From Candidatus Poribacteria bacterium (lineage in GTDB: Bacteria > Poribacteria > WGA-4E > WGA-3G): DNA of 64,000 nt. Position 1 is the stretch's first letter; the number at the start of each line of letters is the position of its first letter. This document shows positions 21,551-33,400 of this stretch, one piece after another. The stretch covers positions 1 through 64,000 of the forward strand of contig CAXXUA010000006.1 in the NCBI GenBank assembly GCA_963663765.2, written 5' to 3'. The notes below the pieces were generated by a model. That model did no database searches. It saw only the letters and a program-made list of their open reading frames with translations, and was not told the origin of the DNA. The position numbers were made by a program, and so were the translations under genes.

Positions 21551-23506
21551 TTGATGAAAAAGATAAGATATTGCACACTCATTTTTAGTTTGTTCTTATG
21601 CTGTGTTTTTGGACATGCAGCCTCTATTGAGATTGTTGATAATACTGTTATCGCTGATACGGATGTCTATACTGCTCATTTTCAGGATGGCACATTCACA
21701 TATTTGCATAATAAACTCACTGGTGAAACATACACACTGCCGTTAGAAGATGGACGTGTGGTAGGCACAAAGTATGAGTCTGGTGTTGCGTGGTTAGAGG
21801 AAGATTGGAAAATCGTTCGTGAGACAGATTTTGAGGTTGTTGATATTGTCAGAGTAAGTTCTGTAGAGGTACAGATTGTTAGTCAGGACGGTGAAAATCG
21901 TTTGACGAATATTATCAGAATTGATTTGGAGTCAGGCGATCTTGTTGTTGAGCAAGCGGCTGTTTCAGATAAAAGCGGGCTGGCAGAGGTGTGGTGGACG
22001 TTGAGTAATTTGGATATAACGGACATGGAGATTATTGTTCCATCAGATGGAGGTGTCTCTATTAAGGAATCAACAGATTTTAGTGGTAGTTTTCCGTATC
22101 CGAATACGTATTGGGAGGCACAACTGGCAATAGCACACTCATCTTTGGGTGGTTTCTTTCTTAGCAGCACCGATACACTGTTCAAATACAAAAAACTGAA
22201 CTATAAACGTGCACGCGAATGGGAAAAACATCAACATTCCTATTATCTTACCTTGACCTCTCAAAATCAAGCACCGTTCGAAAATCATGATTCTATCAAA
22301 TCTGTTGAATGGCGATTAAATGTCTATCGTGGGAATTGGCGTGTTCCAGCGCGTCAATATCGTGAATGGATGGAGGAATCGTTTGACCAACATATCACGA
22401 CACCGCCTGATTGGGTTGAGAATATAAATTTTGTTTTTCAAAGTTCTTTGAATCCGGATATACCGCTTCGTATGATTGAACTTGGGATCAATCCAGAAGA
22501 AACGTTGCTTGTCGTGGGTAATGGGTTTGTGCATCAAGATTATCCTGAGTATAACATAAGACCGGATTTCGCTAAGTTTTTGGAAGTTGCACATGCACAT
22601 GGGTTTAAGGTGATGATGAGTACTAACGCGCGTGGTGTTTTTGTGAAAGAGTTGTCTTTTGATTTTTTCAAACAGTATCAACTTCAGAATCCGTGGACAG
22701 GGACTTATTTAGGGTTTGGTTGGGACTCACCTAATCCGATAGATGGACATATCTATGTTAATCCTGCGAGTGCAGAATTCAGACGTTTTTTTATAGATAA
22801 AATGAAAACTGTCCATGATGCTGTGCCTTTTGATGCGATTTTTCTTGATGTCAATCACCTTGTTGAAAATGATAATAATGGGTTAATTGATGGTCTGAGC
22901 GCGGCACAAGGTGCAGTTATGCTTCAGAAAGAACTGAAAGAAGCAATTCCTAATATAGTGCTTGCTGGCGAGTTGTTTCACGAGGCGAATTTGCTGGAGA
23001 ATTTCGCACAACGCAAATTAGGTGTCGGTAAATGGAGACATCTTGACCCGCATCCGATCAGCACATTTATATTCGGATCATCAGTAAGGATATACGGTTT
23101 GGCAGAAAAGATTGAAGATAATGATATGGGAAGTATAGATCTATTTTATGAATCGTTGAACGCCTATAAAATGCGGGGATACTTGCCATTTGTGAATATA
23201 TGGAATATACGACAATTTGGAGAGGAATATGTTACGGTGAGAAAACTGGTTTCTGCTGTTGCTGAATGGCAGAAATCTAACCCTCAAATAAACCTTGAAA
23301 AGGATGAACTGTATCCAGTGCATTGGACAGATCTATTTCTTTCTGAGCCTGAATCCATCACTCCTTATGATCTTAATGGCGATGGTATAGTCAATATTCT
23401 CGATTTGGTGATTGTTGCGAATGCGTTTGGAGAACCTGAGCCTGATCTGAATGGTGATGGTGTTGTGAATATATTAGATTTGATTCTTGTAGCGAACAGT
23501 ATATGA
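21551..23506 (+). CDS. Secreted glycoside hydrolase-like (DUF6259-like) protein with dockerin
   Basis: Signal peptide; YVNPAS..F...FDAIFLD barrel motif; two dockerin repeats. Confidence 0.7.
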   Translation: MMKKIRYCTLIFSLFLCCVFGHAASIEIVDNTVIADTDVYTAHFQDGTFTYLHNKLTGETYTLPLEDGRVVGTKYESGVAWLEEDWKIVRETDFEVVDIVRVSSVEVQIVSQDGENRLTNIIRIDLESGDLVVEQAAVSDKSGLAEVWWTLSNLDITDMEIIVPSDGGVSIKESTDFSGSFPYPNTYWEAQLAIAHSSLGGFFLSSTDTLFKYKKLNYKRAREWEKHQHSYYLTLTSQNQAPFENHDSIKSVEWRLNVYRGNWRVPARQYREWMEESFDQHITTPPDWVENINFVFQSSLNPDIPLRMIELGINPEETLLVVGNGFVHQDYPEYNIRPDFAKFLEVAHAHGFKVMMSTNARGVFVKELSFDFFKQYQLQNPWTGTYLGFGWDSPNPIDGHIYVNPASAEFRRFFIDKMKTVHDAVPFDAIFLDVNHLVENDNNGLIDGLSAAQGAVMLQKELKEAIPNIVLAGELFHEANLLENFAQRKLGVGKWRHLDPHPISTFIFGSSVRIYGLAEKIEDNDMGSIDLFYESLNAYKMRGYLPFVNIWNIRQFGEEYVTVRKLVSAVAEWQKSNPQINLEKDELYPVHWTDLFLSEPESITPYDLNGDGIVNILDLVIVANAFGEPEPDLNGDGVVNILDLILVANSI

Positions 23507-23535
23507 TATTATGTTGAACTCATATTGAGTAACCT

Positions 23536-24490
23536 CTAAGATTCACTGAAAGTTACCCGATAGTTTATCATTGAATATGCTAAATTGCGAAAACCTAAAC
23601 GGGTTTCTTTGAGTTTATCATAACTTAGGACGAGTCTCCGGTAAGTATCTTGCCAACCAAAAGTTCGTTCCACTTTATATCGGTCTTTGTAAATTTCTTT
23701 ATTATGCCAACGAAACTTGCGAGCAATCACAATAGGTTCTTTTGCATTCCGGCGGTTCGGGTAGATCACCGGAAGCAAACCCTGTTCTTTGATAAGCTTA
23801 TGATTCGCTTTAGAGTCAAAACCAGAATCTAGTGTTATACCCAATTAACGTGAGTCGTCTTGCTAAGTGTGCGGTTAGGAAACCGCACCTACCGTTGAAA
23901 AAAGATAAATTACGTTAATTTGGTATTAGAGCAGAACCGCTCAGATCCAAGCCAATCCGATGGCTAAAGGTGATGAGCTCGCTGAACACTTCGGGCAAAA
24001 TCGTTGTCCCGTGTTCATTGACAGGTTTGACCGTTATCGGTCCAATGATGAACCCTTGATTGTCAGTGATGGTCAACTCTTTTTCACCTTTTTTATGTTT
24101 GTGTCCTGAATAACCGGTGCCGTCTCCCCTTTTTTTACGACGGTATTTGACCCATCACCATGAAGTGGAGTGGTGTCAAGTTGGTCGGTATCATGAAGAT
24201 GTATTATAGATGCTTCAAAAAGTTTCTCATAAGAACCATCTTTTGACCACCGATTATGCCATTTATAGACGTTAGACCAATGGAGTTCATTACGCCGGGT
24301 TCGGAGTTGATTCCATTGAATACCCGTATGTAAAACATAGAGGATATAGTTGAATATCTTGTAAGGGGAAAGTTTCGGTTTTGGACCTTTTATACGTTTT
24401 GATAAATGTGGTAAAATATATTGGTTGAAATCCTTACGCGAAACCTACATCGGAATACCGTTATATTTTGGCTGTTTTTGTCCTTTGTCG
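23536..24490 (-). pseudogene. IS5-family transposase, inactivated
   Basis: IFNYILYVLHTGIQW, VYKWHNRWS, LHGDGS, A8G4 slippery site near 24127-24138, TLDSGFDS, RYKVERTFGW; in-frame TAG at 24445; MITE insertion. Confidence 0.85.
23838..23925. mobile_element. MITE type F (88 bp, TACC...GGTA, TSD TTA) with a GTAG REP hairpin
   Basis: TIR tacccaattaacgt/acgttaatttggta; TTA at 23835-37 and 23926-28; internal gtgcggttaggaaaaccgcacctac; removing it restores the transposase frame. Confidence 0.85.
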
Positions 24491-24660
24491 GTCTCCCCGA
24501 TGTATAGGATCTGATGTGTGTTTCCACCTTGTGCATTTGGTCTAGCTTTTGAAAAGATGTAGACACCTGGGACATTGTATTCAGGTCCATTGAGGTCGAA
24601 AACAACAAATTGGTATTTATTGTTACCCACGTTGACATTCATCGGTCCAATCCTTGCCAT
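24490..24660 (-). pseudogene. GIY-YIG nuclease N-terminal fragment fused to the IS5 remnant
   Basis: PGVYIF...ILYIGET, then switches in frame to transposase sequence KGQKQPKY. Confidence 0.7.
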
Positions 24661-25106
24661 TTTTTTGCTCCTTATCTTTTTCTTAAATTCATAATATAAT
24701 TTAGCGTGTCTGTCAATGGTTTAATCAAATAAGTGTATGTAAATTTAATTGAATATATTTAGAGGATGTCACCCGCGCCTACCAAGAGGTCTCCTCTGCG
24801 TAGTCCGCGCTTCTGTCTGGACCAGGATGGACAAATCAAGAAATCAAGAAATCAAGAAATCAACGGTATGAATGCTATAAAGCATTCCCCCAAATCAACG
24901 CCGAATGCGCCTATGGCATTCGGCGGGTATGAATGTCTTAAGGCATTCCGCGGGATTAGCGGATGGACAGGATTGTGAGTTTTATGCCGTTGATTTCCAT
25001 TGAAAAGATAGACTTTCTCTAAGCAGAAACATCTAATGGGGAAAATCCTGGTAATCCTGTCCATCCTTGTTCAGACATTTCTGACATATTTTGTCCTATT
25101 TTTTGC

Positions 25107-25136
25107 TTGACAGCAGATTAAACCCTTTTTTATACT
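25107..25136 (+). promoter_or_regulatory. Sigma70-like promoter for the TPR gene
   Basis: TTGACA-18 bp-TATACT. Confidence 0.55.
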
Positions 25137-25197
25137 ATCTACAATGACGAAAGGGGGAATGAGGGAATTGTTCAATTCTATATATTAGGGGCGTAAT

Positions 25198-25992
25198 ATG
25201 TTGAAAAAACAACCTTCAAATAATGACACAAGGACTGCTGATGAACATATAACAATCGGTAATGAGGCGTTCGACCAGTACGACTTTGACGCTGCTATCT
25301 CGCACTATAACGAGGCTATCGCATTAGAACCGACAAACACAATTGCCTACTACAACAGGGGATTGGCGAAAAACAATATCGGTCAACACACGGAAGCGAT
25401 CGCTGACTTTGACGAAGCGATACGTTTAGAACCTGAAAATGCCCCCGCCTATAACGACCGAGGCAACGCAAAATGTAGACTGGAAAACTACCGACACGGT
25501 ATCGAAGACTACGACGAGGCAATACGCATCAATCCAAATGACCCGACAACATACATCAATAGGGGGTGTGCTAAAAGCAGTATCGCACAATATCTTGCGG
25601 CGATCGCTGATTTCAACACGGCTATTCAATTAGATCCAGAAAACAAGAACGCTTATTACAACAGAGGGTTGTCAAAATACTATTTGGAACTCTATCGTGA
25701 GGCTATTCAAGATTATGATGTTGCGATATTTTTAGACCCGAACGATGGCATCACCTACAATAACAGGGGTCTGGCGAAATATAAACTGGGTCGCGCAAGG
25801 GCGGCGATACCGGATTTTGACCAAGCGATCCGGTTCAATCCGGACGATACGTTGGCGTATCTGAATCGTGGGTTGGCGAAGAACGCGACTGGACACACGA
25901 CTGCGGCAACTCGCGATTTTGAGGAGGCTTTACAATTGGCTGAAACGTCTGGGGATACATCGCTTGTTGAGAAGATCAAGCAGCTGCTTTAG
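25198..25992 (+). CDS. Tetratricopeptide repeat protein (~7 TPRs)
   Basis: 34-aa repeats AYYNRGLAK...AIADFDEAIRLEP. Confidence 0.92.
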   Translation: MLKKQPSNNDTRTADEHITIGNEAFDQYDFDAAISHYNEAIALEPTNTIAYYNRGLAKNNIGQHTEAIADFDEAIRLEPENAPAYNDRGNAKCRLENYRHGIEDYDEAIRINPNDPTTYINRGCAKSSIAQYLAAIADFNTAIQLDPENKNAYYNRGLSKYYLELYREAIQDYDVAIFLDPNDGITYNNRGLAKYKLGRARAAIPDFDQAIRFNPDDTLAYLNRGLAKNATGHTTAATRDFEEALQLAETSGDTSLVEKIKQLL

Positions 25993-26182
25993 TGGCTTTT
26001 GCGGGGTGTTATTTGTCTGAACCAGGATGGACAGGATTTACCCCATCATCTGATGGTAGGCGGGGAATGCCTAAAGAAACATGCGCGTATGGCATGCTCC
26101 ATGATTCATACCGTTGATTTGGTGCTTTGTAAGGGCGCCCCTCTTACCCCTCTTGCAGGCGTGCTTTGTAAGCGCGCCCTCT

Positions 26183-26336
26183 TGTCTGAACCAGGATACA
26201 CAGGATATTCAGATTTACAGGATTAGAGTTCGGTGCATCTTGCCTCCATTTAAAAGATAACATAAATGCGTATCAAAAAGACTGGATAGAATAAAATCCT
26301 GGTAATCTGGTAATCCTGTCCATCCTGGTTCAGACA
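26183..26336. repeat. Long palindromic element H (TGTCTGAACCAGGA...TCCTGGTTCAGACA), representative of many copies between 24.8 and 61.9 kb
   Basis: Terminal IR followed by 9-bp subrepeats (acaggattt/aatcctgt); often starts within ~10-25 bp of a stop codon. Confidence 0.85.
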
Positions 26337-26344
26337 GAACACCT

Positions 26345-29300
26345 CTACAATGAGGGTAATGCGTTGACAATCTCTACGGTGCGGAGACTGATGCCGATGA
26401 CGCGCCCGATGAGGTCAACAATATAACGCGGTTGGTCGGGACGATTGGGGTCGTTGACGATGCCACTACGTTTGTCCGTCTTGATGCGATACTGATCCAC
26501 AACCCACTCCAACGCAGAACGCGTGCCGAGCCGATACTCGTAAGTCTCTACGGGGATGCTGGTGAGTGTGAGGAATTCGTTGTATGTCAACTCGGTTTTG
26601 TCGCGGTTGAGTTTCATTTTGGCTACCTTCCAGTTGACAGGCACATCGGGGGTTTCGTGATGCTGGAGTTTATCGTAGATGGGGTGTGTTTCGTAGTGGA
26701 TGTGTAGGTCGGCGAGGTGCGCGCCTGCGGATGCGAATGCACGGAAGTCAGGTGCAAACGGGATATGCGGGAGGTCTCGCTTGAGGTTCGCCTGATACTT
26801 CTCACGATAGTCGGGATGGTGGAGGATGCCGTAGGTGTAGTGGAAGATGTCCCACTTGGTGATGTTGGTGTCTTTGTAGTGTGTGCGGAACTTGTGCAAT
26901 GCCCAGTCGGTGATGTTCTCGGTGCGGTTGGTGCCGTCCTCGTTGTAGGTGTAGAAGGGGAAGCATTGAGAATCGCCTGTGAGATGGAGATCAGGAATTA
27001 CATCAACCATCAATGTATGAAAAGGTTTTATAGCACCAATTGCACTGATACAAATAACCCGATTTTCATTCTCTGTTTCTGGTGTTGGAAAGATTGATGG
27101 GAAAACGTACACACGTTCGTTTATCATGCGATGAAAATACAAGTTGGATTTGGTGAACGGACGGTAAGTAGATGATCTAATTCTTTCATTTACAAAATCA
27201 AGAGATTTACCACTTTTTAAGTTTCTCTTTAATCCTTCACTCCAACTAATCTTTGTTTCATCAGATTCTACAAAACTGTCAACTTCAAATTCGCGATCTG
27301 TTCGTTGTATCCACCTGGCTACTTCTGCATTGTAAGTATTTATCATACAAGAGACATTCTGTGTTAGTGTTTTTATTTTGTAATTGTAAGCCCAGGCATC
27401 ACGGCAGGTTGCAATGCCTCGTCCATAAGTTTTGAAAATCACATCCGTTTGTTCACTACTTGATGCTTTTGCTGTCTTTGTTCCAATTGGGATAAAGGTG
27501 TTAAATTCTTCGTGGAGTCCTTCTGTTAACCATGTGTATTCCTTATTCGGGTGTATTACCTGCCAATCAATACTACCAACATGTTGACTCTCATTCATAA
27601 AATCAAATTTCTTAGTTTTGTTCCACTCGTCATCGGTTCGGTAGTAATAGATACGCACTTTTTCTGATGAGTTTTGTTGCGTTTTGATAAAGAAGTTGAT
27701 ACTCACACCGACTCTAATATCAAATACATTGGCATTAGAGACCTTCAAACCTTTTCGTGCGTTACCACCTAAATCTAATACATATATCGCGTCAATATCT
27801 TGTGCAAGATGTTTCCGCATGCCATCAAATGCAATACTATCAAGAAAACTATTGTTTGTGACGAAAGCGACGACTCCCTCCTCTCCAATCCGTCTTGATG
27901 CCCACAATATCGCTTTTACATAGGGATCAGAAAGTGCGTTCTTGTTGGTTGCTTTTGAGTCTTGAGAATATGTCTCTTTCAGCACCGTATCTATGGTTTT
28001 ATATTTGCGGTTTTTGTTGTTATCGTTCTCGTTGACTTGACCTGCATTATACGGTGGGTTGCCGATGACGACGAACATATCGGTATTTTTCTGCCGTTCC
28101 ACACGATCCGTGTTATCCTGCGAAAAGAGGGGCATCTGCTTATCCTCCTGGAGTTCAAAGGTGTCGGCGAGTGCGATGCCGTCAAAGGGGAGATATGTTT
28201 GCGTGCGTTGGTAGAATTCCTGCTCGATGTTGAGGCTGGCGATGTAGTATGGCAGGAGCATCACCTCGTTGCAGTGGAGTTCGTGCTGATACTTGTGTTG
28301 CAGAGCGATGCCGTTGATGTCCCGCATCAGTCGGACGATAAAGTTGCCTGTGCCGACGAAGGGGTCAATGATATGCACCCCTGTGTCGGAAAGTGAACGT
28401 CCGAACTCGGTTTTGAGGAGGTGCTGTGTGCTGTTGACCATAAAGTCGACGATGGGTTGCGGTGTGTAGACGATGCCGTGCGTGTCTGCGACATCCTCGG
28501 AGAAGCCTTGAAAGAACTGCTCGTAGAAGGTGTTGAGCAGGTGCTGTTTCTGTGTGAAGTCTCGGCACTCATTGGCGGCGTTTTCAATAGCGTTGTAGAA
28601 TGTGTCGAGCGGTTGTAGGAACGCGTCTCGGCTGACAGCGTGCCGCATGAGTGTATCGGAGACGTTCTCGATTTCTCTGGCGATGATGTTGCGTCTGGTG
28701 AAGTCGGAGCGTGCGAACACTCTGCGGAAGATACGTTCCGTGAGGATGTGCTGTATGAGCATCTCCTCGACAGTAGTTTGAGACAGGTTGGGATTGATGG
28801 CAGCTTTGCATGTCTCGTAAAATGCGTTGAATGCGGTTTTGAATGTGGTGTCGTCTGCGTATTGCTGCTCAATCATGTGTTGCATCTCGGTAGCCATATC
28901 CGGTAGGTGTGTTTTGAAGTCGGTGACAGCCTTCTCCCAATTCTCGTGTGCGGGTTTTCTGAAGGAGAAGAGTGCTTTTAGTGCGTTGATGAGGTTGGTC
29001 GGGTCGGTGATGTCAGTGTCGAGTGCTGTGTGTCCGTTCTGGACGAGTATGCCGCGTTGTGGTGTTTGAAAGAGGATGTTGTCGAGCGGGTATCCTGCGT
29101 TGCGTTTCTGTTGGACGGCTTGTGTGAGGTTGTCGTGAACATCTTTTGCCTCCCAATATGCCATTGGAATTCCGAGTCGTGTGACGGCGCCGTCTATGAC
29201 GATTCGGTTGCCGGTGTTTGTGTGCATTGTGTATTGCTGTAGGAAGGTTGCATCTATCTGTTTGGCACAATGTTGGAGTAGGTTTGCGAAGGGTCCGCTG

Positions 29301-29401
29301 ACGGCGCCTTCGTGTGTGATGTGCTGTGCTGCGTATTGGTGCATCGTTGTGTAGTAGTCTTTGATGGCTTTGTGTGCGGGTTTTAGGTTGAGTTGTTGCA
29401 T
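26345..29401 (-). CDS. Type IIG / type ISP-like restriction-modification enzyme (N6-adenine methyltransferase with C-terminal specificity domain)
   Basis: DPFVGTGNF, VIGNPPY, N-terminal IDG...WEAK nuclease-like motif, LlaBIII-like C-terminus (SALEWVVDQY, IVNDPN); likely start MQQLNLK. Confidence 0.88.
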   Translation of the reverse strand: MQQLNLKPAHKAIKDYYTTMHQYAAQHITHEGAVSGPFANLLQHCAKQIDATFLQQYTMHTNTGNRIVIDGAVTRLGIPMAYWEAKDVHDNLTQAVQQKRNAGYPLDNILFQTPQRGILVQNGHTALDTDITDPTNLINALKALFSFRKPAHENWEKAVTDFKTHLPDMATEMQHMIEQQYADDTTFKTAFNAFYETCKAAINPNLSQTTVEEMLIQHILTERIFRRVFARSDFTRRNIIAREIENVSDTLMRHAVSRDAFLQPLDTFYNAIENAANECRDFTQKQHLLNTFYEQFFQGFSEDVADTHGIVYTPQPIVDFMVNSTQHLLKTEFGRSLSDTGVHIIDPFVGTGNFIVRLMRDINGIALQHKYQHELHCNEVMLLPYYIASLNIEQEFYQRTQTYLPFDGIALADTFELQEDKQMPLFSQDNTDRVERQKNTDMFVVIGNPPYNAGQVNENDNNKNRKYKTIDTVLKETYSQDSKATNKNALSDPYVKAILWASRRIGEEGVVAFVTNNSFLDSIAFDGMRKHLAQDIDAIYVLDLGGNARKGLKVSNANVFDIRVGVSINFFIKTQQNSSEKVRIYYYRTDDEWNKTKKFDFMNESQHVGSIDWQVIHPNKEYTWLTEGLHEEFNTFIPIGTKTAKASSSEQTDVIFKTYGRGIATCRDAWAYNYKIKTLTQNVSCMINTYNAEVARWIQRTDREFEVDSFVESDETKISWSEGLKRNLKSGKSLDFVNERIRSSTYRPFTKSNLYFHRMINERVYVFPSIFPTPETENENRVICISAIGAIKPFHTLMVDVIPDLHLTGDSQCFPFYTYNEDGTNRTENITDWALHKFRTHYKDTNITKWDIFHYTYGILHHPDYREKYQANLKRDLPHIPFAPDFRAFASAGAHLADLHIHYETHPIYDKLQHHETPDVPVNWKVAKMKLNRDKTELTYNEFLTLTSIPVETYEYRLGTRSALEWVVDQYRIKTDKRSGIVNDPNRPDQPRYIVDLIGRVIGISLRTVEIVNALPSL

Positions 29402-29969
29402 GTGGTTTATGGTAGCATGGGGTTGGGTTTGTGTCAAGTGTTTTTGGGTGTTTGTCAGGGTTGTGGGAGGGGTTGTCTGAACCAGGATGTACCCCACTGC
29501 AGGCGCGCTTACAAAGCACCAAATCAACGGTATGAATGCCATTTAGGCATTCCCCGCCTGCAAGAGGGGTAAGAGAGGCGCGCTTACAAAGCATGCCTGC
29601 AGTGGGGTACGCCAGCAGGTGAGGGCGGGGATGGCGCGCTTACAAAGCACGCCTACCATTGGGGTGTGGCGCGCTTACAAAGCACCAAATCAACGGTATG
29701 AATGCCATTTAGGCATTCCCCGGGTATGAATCATGGAGCATGCCATACGCGCATGCTTCTTTAGGCATTCCCCGCCTACTGGTGACGGTCGGGGTTGAAA
29801 ACCCCTCCCTCTTGTGGGAGCCTCCCACAAGAGAGGTACTTTGTAGATAATATTAGGACTTGTATAATTATATTAACATGTGCTATATTATTCCATTATG
29901 ATTAAAACATATACACTTCCTGAATAACACCAAAACTTATATCTGTCATATATAAAGGAGAATATATAA

Positions 29970-30299
29970 ATGGACCGTAAAATCGTAATTTCAAATTACA
30001 CAATTATCATGATAATAATATCACTACTTCTTTGCAGTTGTGGTGAGGGAGATGATAAGACTGGACCTGAAATAGCAACCTTAAAGATAAATTTTACATT
30101 ACCGAATCCGCCGAGTCCAAGTGAATCTGTTGATGGACCTTTTTGTAAAACAGGGGATATCCTACAGTCTGAGGACATTTGTTATTATCCTGGCTCAGAT
30201 CTTAAGATATCCATTCTTGATGATGGGACGCTTCACATACTGAATAGTTTTATTGATGCAATTCAGATAAATATTGATAGTACTATCTATATCTGTTAG
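29970..30299 (+). CDS. Short lipoprotein, possibly truncated
   Basis: Lipobox-like LLLCSC; AGGAG RBS; ends where the IS110-like noncoding sequence starts. Confidence 0.55.
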   Translation: MDRKIVISNYTIIMIIISLLLCSCGEGDDKTGPEIATLKINFTLPNPPSPSESVDGPFCKTGDILQSEDICYYPGSDLKISILDDGTLHILNSFIDAIQINIDSTIYIC

Positions 30300-30411
30300 A
30301 CGGTAAAGTGGAGGTGGATGAGCGTAAATCGTTATCATCAATTAGCCGATGGAACCCGTGGTGGGGTTGGAGTGGAACACGTGAGTGACATCTGCCGATA
30401 CCTGCTATCGT
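30295..30411 (+). ncRNA. Possible IS110-family noncoding end (bridge-RNA-like), no recombinase adjacent
   Basis: GTTAGACGG...GAGGTGGATGAGCG...GCCGATGGAACCCGTGGTGG resembles IS110 upstream noncoding ends from recollection only; not verified. Confidence 0.35.
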
Positions 30412-30455
30412 TGTTTTGAGCAACTATCATAACTACATTGAAGGAGAAACCACAC

Positions 30456-33400
30456 ATGAAAAGAACACTATCTCTCACACTTATACTACTCACTTTTGTA
30501 TTGTATATATTTTCTAAAACCGCATCAGCCGAATATTATGTAAGGACGATCTACTTTCATCCGAGTGACATTCCACCTCACGCAAATAGTATCTCAACTC
30601 TAAGATCCTTGGTAGATTCTACTAAACAATTTTTTGCTGACGAAATGGCAAACCATGGATTCGGTAGTAAGACATTTACGACTGAAACTGATACATCTGG
30701 CAATACATTAGTACATACTGTTACTGGAAAATCTACTAATACAGAATATGCAGCTGGAACTGGAGATATAACTCAAGAAGTAGGTGAAATGTTTGATCTG
30801 TCACTAAATGTTGTTTATCTTATCTGGACAGATATTGACTACGGTGCCCCCCCGAATAATGATTATTCTACACTAAGTGTGGGAGGTTGGGGATCTGGGA
30901 ATTCGTTTAGTGGTTCTGCACAAGTCTCTGGCGCTCGGGTTCACATTGCTAATGAAATATCACATGTTTACGATAGAACTCTTGTCGGTATAGCCCACGA
31001 ACTTGGGCATACTTTTGGGTTACCACACGATTTCCGAGATGATTATTACATCATGTCTTACGGGAATCCAATAAATAAAGATCAACTCTCCTTCTGTTCC
31101 GCAAAATGGTTAGATGCAAGTCGCTATTTTAATTCATCTCAGACATCATCTGACCCATTTTCTGCAACGATTAGCATGTCAACTCTGACACTTGTATCCG
31201 CACCGAATACTATCCGATTCAGTTTTCAGGTGACAGATTCTGACGGTCTCCATCAAGCAGTCTTATTAAGTGAATTTACTGACGGAGGTGGTGTGGTGGA
31301 TTGTAAATCTTTAAGCGGAGACAGTGCTACAATTGAATTTGATACAACCGAAATCGGAACAGCGAATACCTACGTAGCTTTACTGGTGATGGATGTACAG
31401 GGAAACTTCACAAGCAAGACCTTTCTTATTGATGTTTCTTCAATACTGACGGTTACAGGAAATGCTGAAATACCTGATAAGAGTTTAGCAGAATCTATTC
31501 GAAAAAGCCTTAATTTAGCATCCAATGCTACTATTACCAAGCAGAAAATGTGGGAACTAAGAACTTTTACAGCAAAAGGTGCTACAGGATTTATCAACGA
31601 TCCAATAGGAATACCAATAACTGATCTAACCGGACTTGAGCATGCAATCAATCTTGAATCTATCAATATCAGTAACCATAGTGTTAGTAGCCTTTTACCG
31701 ATGTCGGGATTAACAAAACTGAAAACGATGATCGCTGGTAATAATGAGATTAGTAATATAAGCTCACTTGCTGGATTAACACAATTGGATACGCTCCATC
31801 TTACCAGAAATCAAATTAGTGATATAACATCTTTAGCGGGTTTAACGAGACTTACAGTGTTAGATCTTTCAAATAATCAAATAGTAGACATCGGACCACT
31901 TAGAACGTTAACAAATTTAAGTCAATTATACCTGACTAATAATCAAATCAGCGATGTAAGTCCACTTTCAGGTTTAACGAGTCTACTAACTTTAAGTCTA
32001 TTGGGCAATCTGATTACTGATCAAACACCACTTGAGACGCTTAAAAACCAGAATCCGGAACTGCAAATTACAATAGATGAAGCCCCTGTTGTTACGAACA
32101 ACCCGCCTGTATTCAGTGATGGTATCAGCACGGCACGATTAGTTCCAGAGAACACAGAGGTGGGGACGAACATTGGTGCCCCTGTGACCGCCACGGATCC
32201 GGACACTAGAGACACTTTGACTTACACCCTCGAGGGCACAGATAAAGATGCTTTTGATATTGATAGGGCAACGGGACAATTGAAAACCAAAGCAGACGTT
32301 GAACTTGACTTTGAAACAAAACCCTCTTATACCATAACGGTGACTGCGACTGATACTGGAGGTCTTACCACTACAATCACGGTAAACATAAACTTACAAA
32401 ACATAGATGAAGCGGTTGACAATAACCCGCCTGTATTCAGTGATAGTAGCGTTACACGATTGGTCCCTGAGGGTGTAGACGCGGGTACGAACATTGGTGA
32501 CCCTGTGACCGCCATCGACCCGGACACTGGAGACACTTTGACTTACAGCCTCGGTGGCACGGATAAAGATGCTTTTGTTATTGATAACGAAACTGGACAA
32601 TTGAAAACCAAAGCAGGCGTTGAACTTGACTTTGAAACAAAACCCTCTTACACCATAACGGTGACTGCCACTGATTCTGAAGGTCTTACCGCTACAATCA
32701 CGGTTAACATAAACTTACAAGACGTAAATGAAACTGCAGACAACAACCCGCCTGTATTCAGTGATAGTAGCATTACACGATTGGTCCCTGAGGATGTAAG
32801 CGCGGGTACGAACATTGGTGACCCTGTGACCGCCATCGACCCGGACACTGGAGACACTTTGACTTACAGCCTCGGTGGCACGGATAAAGATGCTTTTGTT
32901 ATTGATAACGAAACTGGACAATTGAAAACCAAAGCAGGCGTTGAACTTGACTTTGAAACAAAACCCTCTTACACCATAACGGTGACTGCCACTGATTCTG
33001 AAGGTCTTACCGCTACAATCACGGTTAACATAAACTTACAAGACATAGATGAAGCGGTTGAAGTTGAAATAATTACAATACCAGATGAGAATTTGGCATC
33101 GGCAATCCGTGAAACGCTCAGTTTAGAGGTAGATGCAGACATCACCCAATCTGATATGGAACAACTTGAAAGTCTTTCCGCTACTAATCAAGAGATCACC
33201 GACCTCACCGGTCTTGAATATGCAATCAATCTACAGAATTTAGTTCTCACGGATAATCAAATAAGTGACATTCGTCCTCTCAGTGGGTTGATCACATTGG
33301 TTGAGTTATCATTACAGGACAATCACATTAGCGATGTCACGCCACTTGCGGGACTGATAAACCTTGATAGGTTAGACCTCGTGGGTAACCCGATTACGAA

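Noticed and set aside
29402-29594. N-terminal extension of the RM enzyme ORF to 29542 (likewise the 35383 start)
   Set aside because: The extension runs through repeat elements; downstream ATGs fit better.
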